From: Eutreptiella sp. 'Long Island Sound 2002'
Taxonomy: Eukaryota > Protista > Euglenida
Direction: 5' to 3'
Assembly: GCA_964036045.1 (NCBI GenBank)
Contig: OZ038378.1
Location: 169,322,001 to 169,386,000, forward strand
DNA: 64,000 nucleotides
In this document: in pieces, positions 50,716 to 62,289 of the stretch
How the letters are laid out: the number at the start of each line of letters is the position of its first letter
Position numbering within the stretch: position 1 is the stretch's first letter
Notes under the pieces: model-generated
Databases searched by the model: none
What the model saw: the letters and a program-made list of their open reading frames with translations, nothing else
What the model was told of the DNA's origin: nothing
Translations under genes and position numbers: made by a program

Positions 50716-52220
50716 AAGTACATTACATTGCATGTATCTTGAGATTTCTTTCTATTGATGCGCACTGCCTCGACGTCCGAACACTAAATGACATCTACCG
50801 CTTTCTAACCATTGCTCAAGCTCATGATGTCCTAACCAGTGTCCAACTCAACGCAAGCACTCGGCACCAAGAGTGAGAGGACTGATTGCACGGTGACAAT
50901 TTAAGCCCACCCTCATTTATCAGCCCTCACACTGGTGGCTGCAACCCTGATATTGAAAGATGCCAATCTTGATGCATTGAACATCTGCTTCTTTGATGAT
51001 GTGCTTTGTGCTTGATCGCATCTACTTAATGCAGTAGGGGGATGGTCTTCTGTTGTTCTCGTTTCATCTGGCTACAAAACCAACCCCAATGGGTTTCTGA
51101 ACTGATGGTGTGTGGACATGAGCCACTGCCTGACATTTTTCTTTGTGGGGAGTTGGATGTTGCTCCTCTTGCCTGTCCATGCTTGGTTTGCAATAAATTG
51201 TCCAGCAAATTGGTGATACAATGTTGTCAGCCACGTCTAGAATCATGGAGATCACCAGTTTGGGGACCATGTTGGGCCTTGCTGCAGCCCAGGGCTCCCT
51301 TAGCAGAGGCAAGCCCAACTTTCAAGCGCATTCTGGCACTGAAGATTTAAGCAGCACACTAGAGCCTGCCCAATCCAAGCACAGTCAAGCATGAGTAGAC
51401 AAAAGCGAGCACACTGAAGCTCGAGGGGTTGGGGTCCTTGGGAGGGTCTAGCATGATTTTTCATCTCTGTTTGTTGGCCTCTCTGGTGGTTCAAGATATT
51501 GGACATCCTCCGTGCAGTGAATGCCTGAACTGACAGAAGTCTTGAACCCATGGGGGGGTCGCCTGTTCAGATACCTGACCCCAACAGCCCCTCCCCCGCC
51601 CCCCTCCCCGTCTGGGCCTCCGGTTGCATCATAGGTCCCGGCCATTATTTTTTGGAGTCTTGGCGCCGAAGGTGCCTGAAAATTTTTGTATGCACACAAC
51701 CAAGAGAAAATTTTCTTTGTTCATCGCAAATTCTGAGATGTTGTGGGTTTTGGTAGCGATCAACACGCCATCAGCATTAGCACCAGCAGTAGCAGTAGTA
51801 GCAGCAACGTTACATCCTGTGTTGTACGGCCAGAAAGGAACGGGGGTGGGGGCTGTGCCCTTATCCACAGAGCCCCCCCCTCCCTCCTCCCTTGGTCTGG
51901 GGTCCCAAACGCCACCCCCTGGGCAACTTCTTGAGCCACTTCACCTGCGCTTTGACCTCGTTGAGGGCTGGGCAGAGAGGTGGAGAGGACCCTGGTATCA
52001 GTTATGACGAAGGGAATGCAAGTGACACCACACAAGTGCCAGCTCTGTGATGCATCTGTGGTCTCCTGGCTTTCTGTCAACTGGTGGCTGACTTGACATT
52101 ATGTCAAACAGGAACCCCACCCCGGTCACCATCCCTCTGGGATGAAGTCTATCAAGGCCAAAATCGCTGTTGTGAGCAATTTCGTTGTATTTAGGAGGGA
52201 AAGCAGAAGGTGTCAGCAGT

Positions 52221-52392
52221 AACCTGGTTTCAGACTCAGCTAATCCTCACTACGTGTCAGATCCGCCACCACAGTCATTTGTGGGATCATCATAGCTCTG
52301 GACAGCTCTGAACCTTGATCCCGAGGGGTCACCTCGAGTACTGTGAAGTGAGCAGGCTACGCCAGCTCATCTTGGTCTGAGCCAAAAAAAAA
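52221..52392 (+). mobile_element. Short poly(A)-tailed retro-insertion (SINE or retroposed RNA)
   Basis: 20-bp direct repeats AAGCAG(A/C)AGGTGTCAGCAGT at 52201-52220 and 52393-52412 (19/20 identical); A-run at the 3' end. Confidence 0.8.
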
Positions 52393-52825
52393 AAGCAGCA
52401 GGTGTCAGCAGTCTGGGGTGAGACCCTCAAAGGACCACCAGCTTCATCAGCCAACAGCATTCTTTTCGCTAGCTTTTTTTGCATAACTCCCTTTGTTAAA
52501 ACCGCTACGTGGGACTGATTAGGTCACTTCCTCCGGCTGGTCCATGCCGATTGTGGGCACCCTGTGCTTTCTTGTCAGGCTGTGTGACAGCATCCCTTGC
52601 TCAAAAGCCCTTCTGAAAACATGCTGTGAATGCCGTCTGCACGGGCCACAGAGATGAGTGAAGGCTGACCGCTCCCAGGGGAACCTGTGCTGCACGAGGA
52701 ACACCAGGGCACAACCATGCTACCCGTAGGCAAAAAGTTTCATGCCTTCCTCAATATGATGCCTGCCCCTTTGATTGCACAGTAGGACAAATACCACCTC
52801 AGTGGAATGAATTGCCCAAGCCGGT

Positions 52826-52842
52826 TGTCTTTCTTTCTCCAG
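52826..52842 (+). promoter_or_regulatory. Polypyrimidine tract plus AG splice acceptor, 9 nt upstream of the methyltransferase ATG
   Basis: TTGTCTTTCTTTCTCCAG|ATTTCAATCATG; fits a spliced-leader trans-splice acceptor, or a cis acceptor. Confidence 0.6.
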
Positions 52843-52851
52843 ATTTCAATC

Positions 52852-54543
52852 ATGAAGCTCAACGAAGCAGAAAGGCTGATAAGTTCGAAGCAACTGGTGC
52901 AATTGTATTGTGGCAGCATTGCCAGTGCTGCTTTGGTCGTTGCCACACAGGTGGGTATCATCAAGGAATTGCATAATTCTGGATGCAGGGGTTGCTCTCT
53001 CAGCCAGATTGCCCACCGTGCGCGTCACACATTGGGTCAGCGTGCACTTAAAGCCGCTCGGGCGTTGCTTGTCAATTTGACTTCTTTTGGAATTGTGGGC
53101 TATCACCAGGACACCGGTTGTTTCTTCCTCCTGAAAGAAGCCGGCGATGGCCCCTCAATAGAAAGGTATGTGACCCACTTCATGGGGCACGTGGGCTTCG
53201 TCACTCCCTGGGACCTCCAAAGAGCCTTGCAGAGCCATGGAAAGGACTGCGCCCAAGGCACACGTGTGCACAAAGTCTTGACCTCACACCGAGCTCCGCC
53301 TGCATCGTCTGAGGGCGCCCTCTTTGGTGAACGCGTGCTGTGTGCTTTGTTGTGGAGTCAGCCGTCTGCCAATGGCCAAACATGGACGCTTGATGCAGTG
53401 GCAGCCTCTGGTCGTGTGCAGAGTGTGATGTTGGCCCACGTGGGCGTGTCAGCTTGGCTGGTAGGCCTGAGAACATCGTTTTTTGATCTGCCTTTGCGGG
53501 ATGGACTTCGGTTGCAATGCGTATCAAAGGCGTTGGGATGGCCACGTGAGCACGTACACATTTGGCTCGAAGTACTCTGTGCTCATGGACTGCTGTACAA
53601 GGAAAGGAATTATTTCTTCCGTTCCCCAGCCACAGACAAGTACTTGGTCACCCCGTCACCATGTGCTATCCGACCCCATTACATGGGGGACTGGCTCGCC
53701 ACAGATGAGGGGGCCTATATCACCCCAACAGCATTGGCGCACAGCATTACACAGCCCTCGTCGTTGATGATGCAGAGCCTCCACGACGACCGGCTCGTGG
53801 CCTTTGGGTGCGCCATGCACAGTATGACCGTACGGTCCGCCGCCTACGTGGCACGGGCACTGGTCCCCATACTCCACCGGTTCCAGGTGGTGCTGGACAT
53901 TGGCGCGGGGTCAGGGACGTTTCTGCAGGAGCTGCTGCTGCAGCCTGAACTGCCACATTTGCAGGGTATTTTCTTTGACTTGCCCAACATGTGTCATTTT
54001 GCGAAGCAACGGCTTGAGGCCGATGGCTCTGGACATCTGAGGGACAGGATTACGTTTGTTGCTGGGGATATGTTTAGCAAAGACCACTTCCCTCAGCAAA
54101 GCCAAGGCCCTACACTCATTATATTTGGTTCCGTGTTCCATGATTGGCCTTCGTGCAACAACTTGCTCCTACTCGCCAAAGCGCTAAGGGCACTCCGGAG
54201 TGGAGGGTGCATCCTGGTGCACGAGCTCTTCCTGCACCCGGACCCCACGAAGTGCTCGGTGGAGGCCACTGCGATGGATGTGGCGATGCTGCACTGGGCC
54301 GATGGGGGTCAAGTCACGGTGGACCAGGTGAAGCATTGGATGGGCGTTGTGACGCGCACACTCCCTGACGGATTGGCGGCGGCATTGCAGTACGCTGTCA
54401 TCGAGGGGGATGATGGCTTTGACGCTTTGCTCATACATGTTCCTCCGTGGGGGCTTGACTCGGATGGCGGTTGGACCGGGCCGGTCCACCCCCAGACGGG
54501 GGCCGCGCCAGCTCCGGACTGGAGAGAGGTTGGACCGCCCTAG
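52852..54543 (+). CDS. SAM-dependent O-methyltransferase (Methyltransf_2/COMT/ASMT-like) with two N-terminal wHTH/dimerisation modules
   Basis: 563-codon open frame; VLDIGAGSG, FFDLP, VAGDMF, catalytic VFHDW and LRSGGCILVHE motifs. The last ~30 codons run into repeat-like DNA. Confidence 0.92.
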   Translation: MKLNEAERLISSKQLVQLYCGSIASAALVVATQVGIIKELHNSGCRGCSLSQIAHRARHTLGQRALKAARALLVNLTSFGIVGYHQDTGCFFLLKEAGDGPSIERYVTHFMGHVGFVTPWDLQRALQSHGKDCAQGTRVHKVLTSHRAPPASSEGALFGERVLCALLWSQPSANGQTWTLDAVAASGRVQSVMLAHVGVSAWLVGLRTSFFDLPLRDGLRLQCVSKALGWPREHVHIWLEVLCAHGLLYKERNYFFRSPATDKYLVTPSPCAIRPHYMGDWLATDEGAYITPTALAHSITQPSSLMMQSLHDDRLVAFGCAMHSMTVRSAAYVARALVPILHRFQVVLDIGAGSGTFLQELLLQPELPHLQGIFFDLPNMCHFAKQRLEADGSGHLRDRITFVAGDMFSKDHFPQQSQGPTLIIFGSVFHDWPSCNNLLLLAKALRALRSGGCILVHELFLHPDPTKCSVEATAMDVAMLHWADGGQVTVDQVKHWMGVVTRTLPDGLAAALQYAVIEGDDGFDALLIHVPPWGLDSDGGWTGPVHPQTGAAPAPDWREVGPP

Positions 54544-55689
54544 ACCAGCTTTGTCTTGGGGTAGACCGGCTCGGTCTGCGGGCGGCGCCGGGGGGGGGGG
54601 GGGGCAGTCAGGCGTGTGCCAACCCCCCCCCCCCTCCTTGGGGTTTGAAAGATAGCGGTCCCCGCGATGTGACGGGCAGGACCATACTTGGTCTCGCTTG
54701 GCCCCAGAAGCGCCCCGGAAAATTTTTGGGGTGGTTGGCAGTGGGACCAAGTCCAGCCCCTCCCCCCGCTCAGCTGGCAACCTGGTCCAGGGAAGCAAGC
54801 AGGGTGCCTTCCAACAAAAACATGCTTTTCTTTAGTGGCCTGAGACAAGCAATATAAACGACCTGTTCCTGAAACCTCAAACCAGTGTATACACCCGGAG
54901 TGCATGAGGCACTGTAAGCATTGGGATTTGCAAGCAGCAATGGCACAGATCAATACAGGCGATCAACGCGCCTCCAAAGCCGACCAAATTTTGAGGGAGG
55001 GCTTGGGGCTCAGCAGAAAGCAGTTGGTAGCAGCCCCCAACATTTCCCATTTTGTGCGGGGAGCTGACCCCCCCCCCTTGACAACTTTGCAGCCCTCAGG
55101 AAAGTGGCCTTGACAATGGATGGACTACCCAGTCCCATCCATACCTAACCAACCCGCCCACACTCAGCCTCTGCCCCCCCCCTCCCCTCCTGCCCCCCCC
55201 GACCCCCCCCCCCAAGTTTACCGCGGTCCCAACTCCCATACAGGATTGGTCTCCTGCCTCTGAAGCTGGTTCTTGAGTTTCAGTGGGTTGTTGAAGGGGT
55301 CTCACTTCGGCCGGATATGGGGCCAGTGCCACTGAAGGCTGCAAGTTTGAATCTGGATAGCTCAACGTGGTGGTGTGACGGGCTATGGGTACTGCTTGGC
55401 TCAGCGTTGAGCATCCGAAAACAGGAACAAGCTAAAACATAGGCAAGAGAGAAAGAACAAAACAGAGGGCTGGGAGCAACTTCAGAGATTGCACTGTTGG
55501 GTGTTGGTCAGGGACACTGGGGTGCAACTTGTAAGGAGACGAGACACACTGTGGAGCTCCATCGACCACCCATTCCCTGTATTGCAGCGTGACCTCAACA
55601 TATGATTGTTTAATCATATCCATTGAGTGTGGACTCCAATGGGACTGAGCAGCCCGCTCCAGTAGCTGAGATTTGCTTTGAATTGTGTG

Positions 55690-58070
55690 TTGTGCAACGC
55701 GCAAAAATGTGTTCGCCGGGCCCGGCGGCCGCTTCTAGTGCGTCCGGGCGCAAAAAGTCATGCGCAAAAATGTGTTCGCCAGGGCCAGCGGCCACTTTTG
55801 CGCCCGGACGCGCTAGAAGTGGCCGCTGGCCCCGGCGAACAGATTCTTGCACGTCATTTTTTAGCTCACGGACACGCTAGAAGTGGCCAGCGGCCCCGGC
55901 GAACGCATTTTTGCGCGTCACTTTTTGCGCCTGGACGGGATGGAAGTGGCCGCCGGCCCCGGCGAACACATTTTTGCGCGTCATTTTTTGCGCCTGGACG
56001 GGATGGAAGTGGCCGCCGGCCCCGGCGAACACATTTTTGCGCGTCACTTTTTGTGCTCCGAGACGCTGGAAGTGGCCGCCGCCCCTGGTGAAAAAATTTT
56101 TGCGCGTCACTGTTTGCGCCCGGAGACGCTGGAAGTGGCCGCTGGCCCCGGCGAACACATTTTTGCGCGTCACTTTTTGCCTGCGGACGCGTTATAAGCG
56201 GCCGCCCGCCCCAAGGGACACATTTTTGCTCGTCACGTTTTGCTCACTGACGCATTGTAAGGGGGCGCCGGCCCGGGCGAACACATTTTTGCGCGTCACT
56301 TTTTGCGCCTGGACGTGCTGGAAGTGCCCACCAGTCACTTTTTGCGCCTAGAACTGCCTTGTCCTCACCTGCAGGTCTACACTGCCAGCAACCGCTGATA
56401 ACGCGTCCGGGCGCAAAAAGTCACGCACAAAAAAGTGTTCGCCGTGGGCGGCGGCCACTTCCGGCGTCTCCGGGCACAAAACTTGACGTGCAAAAATTTG
56501 TTCGCCGGGGCTGGTGGGCACTTCCAGCACGTCCAGGCGCAAAAAGTGACGCGCAAAAATGTGTTTGCCCGGGCCGGTGCCCCCTTACAATGCGTCAGTG
56601 AGCAAAACGTGACGAGTAAAAATGTGTCCCTTGGGGCGGGCGGCCGCTTATAACGCGTTCGCAGGCAAAAAGTGACGCGCAAAAATGTGTTCGCCGGGGC
56701 CAGCGGCCACTTCCAGCGTCTCCGGGCGCAAACAGTGACGCGCAAAAATTTTTTCACCAGGGGCGGCGGCCACTTCCAGCGTCTCCGAGCACAAAAAGTG
56801 ACACGCAAAAATGTGTTCGCCGGGGCCGGCGGCCACTTCCATCCCGTCCAGGCGCAAAAAATGACGCGCAAAAATGTGTTCGCCGGGGCCGGCGGCCACT
56901 TCCATCCCGTCCAGGCGCAAAAAGTGACGCGCAAAAATGCGTTCGCCGGGGCCGCTGGCCACTTCTAGCGTGTCCGTGCGCTAAAAAATGACGCGCAAGA
57001 ATCTGTTCGCCGGGGCCGGCGGTCACTTCTAGCGCGTCCGGGCGCAAAAGTGGCAGCTGGCCCCGGCGAACACATTTTCGCGCGTCCCTTTTTGCGCCCG
57101 GACGCGCTGGAAGTGGCCGCCGGCTCCGGGGAACACATTTTTGCGCGTCACTTTTTGCCCGCGGACGCGTTATAAGCGGCCGTCCACTCAAACAGACACC
57201 TTTTCGCTCGACGCATTGTGCGCGCTGACGCGTTGTAAGCGGGCACCCGCCCCAGCGAACACATTTTGGCGTGTCACTTTTTGCGCCTAGAACTGCCTTG
57301 TCCTCACTTGCAGGTCTACACTGCCGGCAACCGCTGATAACGCGTCTGGGTGCAAAAAGTCACGCACAAAAATGTGTTCGCCATGGGCGGCGGCCACTTC
57401 CAGCGTCTCCGGGCACAAAACGTGACGCGCAAAAATTTGTTCGCCGGGGCTCACGCCAAAATGTGTTCGCCGGGGCGGGTGCCCGCTTACAACGCGTCAG
57501 CGCGCACAATGCGTCGAGCGAAAAGGTGTCTGTTTGGGTGGGCAGCCGCTTATAGCGCGTCCGCGGGCAAAAAGTGACGCGCAAAAATGTGTTCCCCGGA
57601 GCCGGCGGCCACTTCCAGCGCGTCCGGGCGCAAAAAGGGACGCGCAAAAATGTGTTCGCCGGGGCCGGCGGCCCCTTACAACGTGACCGGGCACAAAAAG
57701 TGACGTGTAAGAATTTTTTTGCTATGGTCGGCGGCCACTTCTAGCGCGTCCGCGGGCAAAAAGCGTTGCGCAAAAATGTGTTTGCTGGGCCGGCGGCCAC
57801 TTCCAGCGCGTCCGGGTGCAAAAACTGACGTGCAAGAATCTGTTTGCTATGGCCGGCGGCCACTTCTAGCGCGTCCGGGCGCAAAAAGTGACATGCAAGA
57901 ATCTTTTCGCCGGGGCTGGGGGCCATTTCTAGCGCGTCCGGGCGCAAAAGGTGACACGCAAAAATGTGTAATATTTTGCACCCGGACACGCTAGAAGTGG
58001 CCGCCGGCCCCGGCGAACACATTTTTGCGCGTCACTTTTTGCACTTGGATGCACTAGAAGTGGCCACCAG
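55690..58070. repeat. 63-bp GC-rich minisatellite arranged in inverted blocks (foldback-like)
   Basis: Period 63 (for example 55938 and 56001; 21-aa ORF repeat); near-identical ORFs on opposite strands (55911+ and 56377-). Confidence 0.92.
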
Positions 58071-59145
58071 TCACCCTATTGCGCTGACATGGGCAAGTGC
58101 AGTAAAAGTGGGAAACAGGGGTTCAGCGTGTTTGAACAAGCCGATGTTTGCGCGCAACACATACCACAAAACACACTTTGCCGACATATGCCAACCCTAA
58201 CCCTAAACACACAACAATCCGATACATTTTCCCCCATATGCACAAATCAGGCATCACTCAGTTGCTGGCATTCTGATTGATAGACACTGAGTAAAACCAT
58301 TTGCCTACTTTGTGCGTCATCTTGGAGAGCTGGAAATGCTTGCCTCTGATCTTTGGGAACAAAACCGTCATCCACGACGTCTTTTATGAAGCTTTTTTCA
58401 TGACTTTGCTCACATACACAATGCGAAGATGCTACCCACCTTGTGTAGAGTGACACAACACTTCAGCAAACACAAACTCATTGTTTGTATATTGCTGGTC
58501 TGTGACAAGCAATCCGGCAGGAAAAAGAGAACAGCTCATGACTACCGAAGGGTGCCCAACAAGGCAGCAATCACACCACAACACATGAGCACATGCAATC
58601 GCACCTGCAACAACACTTTGACACCCCAATTGACCACTGCTGCAGCCTGCACAAAAGCTACAAACTACAGTCTGTTACGATTGGAAGTGCAAAAATGATG
58701 GTTCCACAGACGGCCCAAAGGTGCAGAAACACGGGTTAGGCGGAGCACTTGCCGCAGCGCGGACATTTGGGCGTTTATCTCAACCAAGCAATCATGATTA
58801 CCACCAAGGGGTTTTCTCTCCGAAGGGGTTGTTTTAGGAGGGGGGAAGGCCTAGGCCGTTCCGGGAGAAGGCGCTGTAAAAGTAGCAGGGATGGAAGGTC
58901 ATGGGTGAAACATTTGGACAATTGGGAGACGACTACGTGGTGTGCCAGCAGGACAAGCTAGGTGGAAAAGATGGAGGCGGAAGCGGAGGTGGTGGTATCC
59001 TTATCGCCGATGGAGACGTGAAAAGCCACACCCAGTGGGCAAGCGCTTGACGAACAATGGTGATGGGAACCTCTCCTCAAAATGAGCACATGTCCGCGCG
59101 CACACTTACACACTAGCGGCCGCAAAGTACTGCACCATAGACCCT

Positions 59146-62079
59146 GTGCGGAATTGTCCGAAAACACTTCTGCAAGCGTGCACGCACGTGGAAGCGTTTA
59201 AGCCATGGGCAACTGGCGTGGGCGACCCTTATGTGTCCGCAAACATACACCATCGGGTGAACGGCTGTGGGGACACGGACCTGCACACCCTGACACAGAG
59301 GGTGAAGTCACTAGAAGAGCAAGGTAAAGACATACTGCGTGAGTACTATGACATACAACAACACTGTGCGCCACAATAAAAATACACGTGCACACACACC
59401 ACACGCGAATTTTGTCATTGACACGCCACCGTTAACTCACTGGGCTAATGAACAGCCGGTCCTGGTCTATATGTGGCGCTTGCTGCAAGAAACCAACCAC
59501 CAAGCGCTTGCACCTGTTTAGGCGGCGTGGGCAGCACAGCGCGATGTGTTTTGCTGGGCTGACGTGTCCTGCAACACTGTAGCACAAATCTGCCCAGAGA
59601 CTGTAAATGTAGCGATTCATGATGCACTACTTCCTTTTATTTTCCCTACTGTGTCAGAAGCACAGTGGATAGGGCTGCGGCGCACTTTTGGGCTGTCCAT
59701 GATTTTTCGTGCCCACCCGTGGCTGGGTTTTGATGGTGCTACGGCTGCTGTCCCGCTTTACGAGAACATAGTCTCCCCGGCGCCACAATTGCATGCTGTC
59801 TCTGCGACTACTTCCCACCTGTTGACGGGTGGGCTTGCCCTGCCCTTCTACGAGTTCCAAGCGCCCAAAGTGGCTATTATGAGGGACCACAGCGTGACCC
59901 TCTTTTTGGATGCCTGGGAGCGTGTCTCCAATGCGTCCTCCTCCTCCCCTCCAATGCGTTCCAGCGTATGTGCAGTGTCTGCCGGCCCTACCGAAGAAGC
60001 CCGCCTTAAGTCCTACACTCAACGAGGCACGGCGACTTGCCTAGCAAACAACTTTAGGTTAGATAAGATTGTACATGCATCACCCAAACATACGGCACAC
60101 GTTACCCGGGCCTGTTGGTGGCTCGTCCAATGCCCACTACGCGTCATGTGGAACACATGCACCTGGCCGCGTGATTCCCTGCAGCACCACACAGAGTTCT
60201 CAGCAGTTGTCACGAAGCAGGGGGGAAACCTGTGCGGGGGGCCAATCGTGGCGATACGTGAATCGGCACCCGATGTCAAAACGCATTTGCACTATGTGGT
60301 ACACCAGGAACAAGATTACAGAAAAGTAACACTCAGTACTGGGTGGAATTTCGAAACCAGGAAGCCAACACAAAACTTGAAGTGGGCGGGTCATGCACAC
60401 TCGTGGGACACTGTGAACAGGCTGCTTCATCTGTCATATGAAATGACGACGAGGAAGATTGCCTCGTGGCGACAGTGTCGGGCGAAGATTATAGATATAG
60501 GTGTCTAGATCTACGTCCTGTGGATCCCGGGGTGTGCAATGGTGTATGTCGGCCAGTGCGGTGGGAAGGATCACGAACCATCACTGTATGATCGACTGCG
60601 CGAGCACATCTTGGCTGCACTGGCATGGAATCGTTTGGGTACCTGTTGCCCTCATAATACTCTGTACAGCTGGATTGTACACCATGGCATACATACAGTA
60701 AACATCACTGCACTTCAGCACGCTTCACACTGGAGCGTCGACCGGCTGGAACTCTAATGAATGCGCCGGTTTGGGTCATCACACCTGCTGAACAGCGTGA
60801 CACCTAACCTCCACTGCCCCCGTTGGCTGTGGACTCTGCGGGTGAAGGCGTGGGCCCGAGAACATGACCCGCGAAAGGGGAAGCATACCCCACCGTCACT
60901 GAAAAGGTCTGTAGAAAGGTTCCTCCAAAGTCGACATGTACTCTCGTCTGGGCAAGAAAAGCTGCCACTCGCCCTGGGTTGTAAACGACTCCTTGACATT
61001 GATACTGCGAGCCTGGTATGGGATACGGTGGCAGCACAGCTGCAAAGGGAGCTGGTCTTTAAGGTTAAAAGGAATGTGGTGCTCAAGGTCCCACTAATCA
61101 CTGGCGTGGATAAACGACACCTCCGACGACAAATCCAAAGTACCATACAGTCCAACTCCCACACCCCGCCGTTGCTCGCCCAATATCTCTGTGATTGCAT
61201 CTAACTCGCGTCTGTCCGAACCCCGGCGGTGAGTTCGTTTTTCCATACCACGAACTTCAATATGTCTACCCTGGACATGTAGTGGGATGGCAGCTGCGAG
61301 TGCCAAGAACTTCATACCACGTTCGGCATCCCGCTGGTTAACGGCCAATGCTTCCGACGTGATTTCCAGTGGGTGCCTGAATACAACAGCACACTACACC
61401 CAGGTTTTTTCACACAGTGCATGAAGAATGTGTTGGTCCCAGAGTGGGGGGCGGTAGAGAACTCGGTTACCAAAAGCGTATGCAATGCACAGCGTGGCAT
61501 TAGTGTTATGCCCATTGAGGAAGTGGAGAGCCTAGCTTTGTCTGTGGTGAGGGACGTCCGCGCGCGTTACATTGTCCGGTCTGGCCAATTTCTACGCTTC
61601 TTTAGGTCAACAGAAATTGGGGAACAGTTGGCATTGATGCCAACGTCGTGGGTCTTCGGACAATTTGGCAAAGGGACTACGGTGGTGCATGGCACATGCA
61701 GAGGGTACTTCTACTCCCAGTTTGAGCAGAATATTTTTCGCGCCACGCACCGGTTCCATGACCTGGAACGTTTTGCCACACCACGTGAGGTTCCAAGCAG
61801 CTATACACCCTGATTGTAGGTATAGCACAGCGTTTTTTCGTGGGACACGACATACCCCGGGCAGCTCTGACCACTGGGCTTCAGGAGTTTGCCAGTGACC
61901 TAGAAAAGCCCCCCTGGCCCACAATGTCGAGAGTGGCAAAGCAATTGTCTGATTTTAAACATTTTCCTTTGTCTACGACGTATATGATGAATTGGGTGCT
62001 TCTAGGGGACGGGAGAAACACCCTTGCTTTTACAACGCTTCCGGGGGTTTTTGAGGTAGCCCAACGCGCTCGCGCATGA
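59146..62079 (+). mobile_element. Decayed GIY-YIG endonuclease-encoding element, probably Penelope-like with endonuclease upstream of a missing RT
   Basis: ORFs 59546, 60539, 60761 and 61373 share one frame separated by stops; GV*IYVLWIPGCAMVYVGQ...RLREH...E...LN is a GIY-YIG signature; no RT motif seen. Confidence 0.65.
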
Positions 62080-62289
62080 GTTTTCATGCGGTTCATCCAC
62101 TTTCAAGGAGAGGAGCACTTTGCATGTTGCCTCTGCCTTTGCTTCCACCGTTCTCAGCGTTGTACAGGTGCCGCCCGACGGTCGCGTTTTCCACGTTCCG
62201 CTTTTGTGCTTGCGCTTGTGCTTCTGGAGGTATGTTTACTTCGTCTGCCGCGTTCTATTCGTCTTCTTGGTCCCCCATGAGGCTGTCTT

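Noticed and set aside
52230-52295. Box C/D snoRNA on the minus strand (ATGATGA...CTGA...GTGAGGA...CTGA)
   Set aside because: It is antisense to the poly(A)-defined orientation of the insertion, and I recalled only an 8-bp rRNA match. An Rfam or snoscan check is still worthwhile.
52430-52475. Hammerhead ribozyme (minus-strand CTGATGA near GAAA); similar CTAATGA at about 59445
   Set aside because: Stems I and III cannot form, and the stem II register is wrong.
59546-61813. Stop-codon reassignment making one long ORF
   Set aside because: All three stop types occur, along with frameshifts, while host genes end in normal TGA/TAA/TAG. This fits pseudogenisation.
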